From the NCBI GenBank assembly GCA_038496445.1, contig JALMLS010000631.1, positions 124,001-188,000 on the forward strand: DNA of 64,000 bases, read 5' to 3'. Shown piece after piece: positions 61,897 through 64,000 of this stretch. Numbering within the stretch: the first letter of the stretch is position 1; each line of letters begins with the position of its first letter. The position numbers and the translations under genes were made by a program. The DNA is from Trichosphaerium sp. ATCC 40318 (lineage: Eukaryota > Protista > Tubulinea). The notes below the pieces were generated by a model that was given only the letters and a program-made list of their open reading frames with translations, did no database searches and had not been told where the DNA came from.

Positions 61897-64000
61897 ATGC
61901 TTCGTATTTCATCAAGAGTGGCAGCCAATAGCAGTGGTACGCAATTGTAAAAAAATACCAATAATTAGCTCTTCTACGCTTAAATGCGCGTTTTATGTAC
62001 TGATGCTCATCAATTTGACTAGATAAAGCCTCCAAAAACCTTTTGAATGAGCGCTTCTTTTTTGATGTTACAATTGCACCCACATTCAACCTTAAGACAA
62101 TTGACGCGTGGTACAATGTAGTAAGCGCTGATTTTTTGGACGCGGGGTTCTTCAAGTTCATAGACAGGTAAGTTTTTCAAAAAGCTTGCCTAGTCCAAGT
62201 GATCTCACTTTACCCACCAGATATGGTGGATCTCCATCCAAGTGTCTACAAAATGTGTACCCTGAATACGAGTGGGTATCGTGGAAGTTCAAGTACGTCA
62301 CCTTTTCATTGCAAATCACGTGACTCCGTTTTTGATACGTCTTCTTGACGACTATGTAATGACAGTATCGTTCAAGGGGTGGTCCGAGAGGCCATTGGGA
62401 AGATATAAAAGCTAGGTTATCTAAACTTGAGGCAGTTGCAGAGGAACTTGAACTCAAAGTCGTTGAAGACTGGTATAAGGTTAATATTAGAGCTTTTCGA
62501 AACGTTAGTGGTTCAGGAGTCTTGGCAAAGTACGCTTATGAAAACACCATAGATTAATGTTAATATCTTAAAAGAGATGGTGGATCCCTTATAAAATGCC
62601 TTGCAGAAATATATCCAAACTTTGAATGGATAGAAGACAATTTCAAGTGCGCTCATTGTCTTTGATTGTCAAAAAAATGTTGTTCCTTACTTTTTCTTTT
62701 TTGTACTTTAGTATGGTGACACGAGGTCATTGGAGCGACCAAAACAATCTTGTAGATTTTTTTAATAAGGTTGGTGAAAAAGAGGGAATAAAGGATTTAG
62801 ATGGATGGTATGACCTATCACGTAAGGCCATGGAAAAACACAATATATTTCGGTTTATAAGGTAAACTATTTTTCTGATCCCTACCTGCTTTGTCATCAT
62901 TTCATCGTGTCTAAGACTTCTTTGCATAGAAGTAAAAAGGGGTTACTGGATAAACTTATTAAAGTATTTCCTAATTACCGATGGCTCCCAGTAGAGTTTT
63001 GGGAAAGCAGGTTTCTTCTTATTTGCATTTTTCAACATTGAGTGACCTGTTGTTAGACGTGCGCCTGCTGGGTATTGGAACTCAATGGATAATCAACGCG
63101 CTCAATTTGAGGTTATTGGCCGACTATCGGGGATCAAGACAATGGATGGTTGGTATAAGGTCCCACAAGAAAAAATACTCAGCGATCAATCTTTGAACTC
63201 CATAATGATATCAAAGTGCGTCCCACAGTTTTTAACCAGTTGAATACTCAAATCTTGTCAGGTATAGTGGATATTTAGATAAGGCACTGATGAGGTTGTA
63301 TCCTCATTACTCTTGGGATTCATCACAGTTCAAATCTAGACGTACTAAACACCGACAGCATATCAACATGCAAAGAATGATTTTCGAAAATATTGGTAAA
63401 GAACTGGGTGTTAAGATGCTAGATGATTGGCGGGATATACCTGCTACAGATATTGCAAAGAAAGGTGGATCAGGAATTGTTCAATTAAAGTACTACACTG
63501 CATAAAGAGAAGATGTAAACTGACTTGTTCAACAAAAGGTATAATTCGTCAAGGAACAAAATGTTACAAGGTCTTTATCCACAACATCCATGGAATTTTC
63601 CTGTCATTGAATACGTTGAAAAAGGCCACTGGTACGCTTAAACACTTACTGAACACCAAGTTTACATAATTCATTAACTAACTAGGCTCGACACAACAAA
63701 TCAGCGCTCGTTTTTAACGAAAGCCACTAAAGCATTGAATATTACTAACAACGAACAATGGTGCCACCTTTTTTTATCTTTTCTTTTTCTTATTAATGGG
63801 TAAAGGTATCGTGTTTCAGAGGATCAAATACGCTCTTTAGGCGGTAAAGGATTACTTGCCTATTTCCCAAGAGTTCTAAGTGTACTTGATTCTGAGTTTC
63901 CTTGGCAATGGCATAAGTTCTTACATAAAGCAAAAAGAGCACGACAAAGGTACAATATATTCAACACGTGTTGAGGCTTAATCTCATATCAAAATTTGCA
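61897..64000 (+). CDS. Paralogous Trp-rich tandem-repeat protein (6 repeats), truncated by window end before the expected nuclease domain
   Basis: MLRISSRVAANSS presequence. Last repeat YRVSEDQIRSLGGKGLLAYFPRVL...WQWHKF...RQR matches YRVSTDQLRAYGGTGLLQYWPHVL...WQWHRF...EQR of the first paralogue, with the same intron positions. Confidence 0.85.

Overview
Gene-dense, AT-rich nuclear DNA of an intron-rich protist. An amoebozoan-like origin is inferred from gene content only. Most genes are split by many short (~40-90 nt) spliceosomal introns, so the ORF track shows only fragments; gene models below were spliced by eye and internal exon limits are approximate. Recognisable genes: DOCK-C/D (zizimin-type) GEF, a SPRY-RCC1-PARP fusion, an FHA-BRCT protein, GH20 beta-hexosaminidase, DUS3, TXNL4B/Dim2, a stand-alone COPI-like WD40 propeller, an MBOAT/wax synthase, S1P lyase, an ankyrin-DHYC palmitoyltransferase, a 2H-phosphoesterase-RRM fusion, a JmjC pseudoenzyme, CMTR1, Ras, an HPS5-like protein, a Tim44-like protein and ESD. 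Accessory elements: two F-box-like/MORN-variant paralogues, an F-box-LRR gene, an aberrant tRNA-like gene and a probable decayed Tc1/mariner fragment. The best candidate for an undescribed system is a pair of paralogues flanking ESD (58.3-64 kb). They are built from ~65-70 aa Trp-rich tandem repeats (4 and 6 copies); the complete one ends in a PD-(D/E)XK-type nuclease domain, at least one has a mitochondrial-type presequence, and every intron in the repeat arrays is phase 2.
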